Source of the DNA: Podospora anserina
Lineage: Eukaryota
DNA: 64,000 bases
Assembly: GCA_017654855.1 (NCBI GenBank)
Contig: CM030334.1
Span: forward strand, 1,054,001 to 1,118,000
Reading direction: 5' to 3'
Shown here: piece after piece, positions 62,573 to 64,000 of the stretch
Position numbering within the stretch: position 1 is the stretch's first letter
How the letters are laid out: every line of letters begins with the position of its first letter
Made by a program: the position numbers and the translations under genes
The notes under the pieces: generated by a model
What the model saw: only the letters and a program-made list of their open reading frames with translations
What the model was told of the DNA's origin: nothing
Databases searched by the model: none

Positions 62573-64000
62573 TGATCGGTGGTCCTATCGATCTTCAGCC
62601 CTGCAAATCGACGACGACGGAAGCCGTATAGTAGGTAGTGGTAGAAGGGCCGGTCGTCAAGATGGTGCAACAGTCGTCCTATGTGTGCCTGTATGTCCCT
62701 GCTTCCAACGGAGCTGACCCTAGCTGTAGATCAGTTGGAGCAAGAGTCAAGCCCTGGATGACAGTTCAAAGATGGGATGTCGTCGAGGTCGTTGACGGGA
62801 AGAAAGACAAGCCCCTTGCGCTTGCGAGTGACAGGGGGAATCTACCTGGGGCCTGGTGCGGCAACAGGTGACAGGGGTCGCCTCTAGCCTCTCTCGGGGA
62901 GGGTTACATCAAACAGGTACAAGGCGGGGGTCAACGCCTTCCAGGTCGGGGTTGACCTGGGCTTCGATGATGCCGTCGCTGCCGATTTGACGATGTGGCC
63001 GACGCGGGGGGCTGGACGGGTTGGTAGATGGTGTGCCAGTGAATGCTGAATGCTGCTTGCTTCCCAGCGGTCCCAAATTGAACCTGTAGTGGTAGATGGC
63101 GGCAGCACCCGTTCCTTTGCCATGGATGATTGGGGGGGGTTGGGGGGGGTTCAGGATGGCCCATGGGGCGTTGGACGGACAGAGACCCAGGCGATGGCTT
63201 GTGCATATGTAGGTAGGAGTACATATGTATGTAGGTAGGTGCATGTACAGGACACGCAGTCCCTTTATCGTCAACGCCATCTCTATTCATAGCTCTCCTC
63301 CTCTCCAGGCCATCGATGTTGTGCATACGCCACCAATACTCGAGATCTACATAGCAAGGTAGCTGCTCAGCTCCCGCTTGAACGTTGAAGCTGCTCTCCG
63401 ATCTCTTGGGAAGAGGTCCTCGGCAGGCATCTCGCTTCCTCGGACTCTCTCTCTGTTCTCTCAAACCCAACAAACCCCAACGATGGAGTAAGGATCCAGC
63501 GTCAAGATTGGAAACTGGTGACAGGGAACCGGAAGCGGGGTCATGTCGCGCTTAGGCTCCCGGTCCCCGCCCACCGGTTCTTTGTCAGGGGGGAGGGGCG
63601 GCATCGGCAAAACCTGCTGTTTGGGGGGCTTGGCTAGTGTCAATGTTGAAACCTCGAAAGCTTGGTTTGTTTCTTCAGTCGAGGTCTCAAGACCCTTTTC
63701 TTCATCAAGATGTCTCTGGATTTCATTGCTGGCGAGACCGGAGCTTGCTTACCTACCTAGGTAGACACGCACCGTACTTGGTCCGGATCTGGTGAGACCG
63801 ACACGCACACATTGATCAGATATCTACCAAGGACTGCTGAAGAACAGATGTTTCGACAAGCTTCCTAGTCGCATAAGAGAGTAAAAGCTTGGTATAGATC
63901 GGCAAAACCGCTATAGCCGCTGATGATCTGTCTCATCTTGACAACCTGCCACATCCAAGTGTGTACTCTGTATCAAGAACACAACAAAGAATATTTCCAC

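Overview
Filamentous-ascomycete genomic DNA, probably Sordariales and Podospora-like; this is inferred from the short GT-AG introns with CTAAC/CTGAC branch points, the codon style and a RIP-mutated transposon. About 16 credible genes are present: an auxin-efflux/Mem_trans carrier running off the left edge, a cytochrome P450, a DUF1295 membrane protein, a secreted DUF4360-like protein, a HEXXH protein, an M20 carboxypeptidase, an F-box protein, a long coiled-coil protein, a secreted DUF4419 protein, two small proteins, a PlsB/GNPAT-type acyltransferase, POP4, a secreted protein, pantoate-beta-alanine ligase and a Zn2Cys6 transcription factor. The non-routine structure is (i) a transposon pile-up at 8.4-11.2 kb: a 135-bp hAT-type MITE with a decayed 8-bp TSD, and a RIP-mutated, internally deleted pogo/Fot1 element inside a probable solo LTR; (ii) gene-poor tracts (26-33 kb, 40.7-44.4 kb, 47-51.4 kb) that are not AT-rich, the first two holding recognisable gene relics (Fig1-like, CorA-like, a homocysteine S-methyltransferase fragment); (iii) a probable GC-AG intron, a 52-aa micro-gene and an 11-residue coiled-coil repeat. 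I found no convincing complete novel system (no Starship captain, Spok, CRISPR or RNA gene). Family assignments come from motif recall, not database searches.
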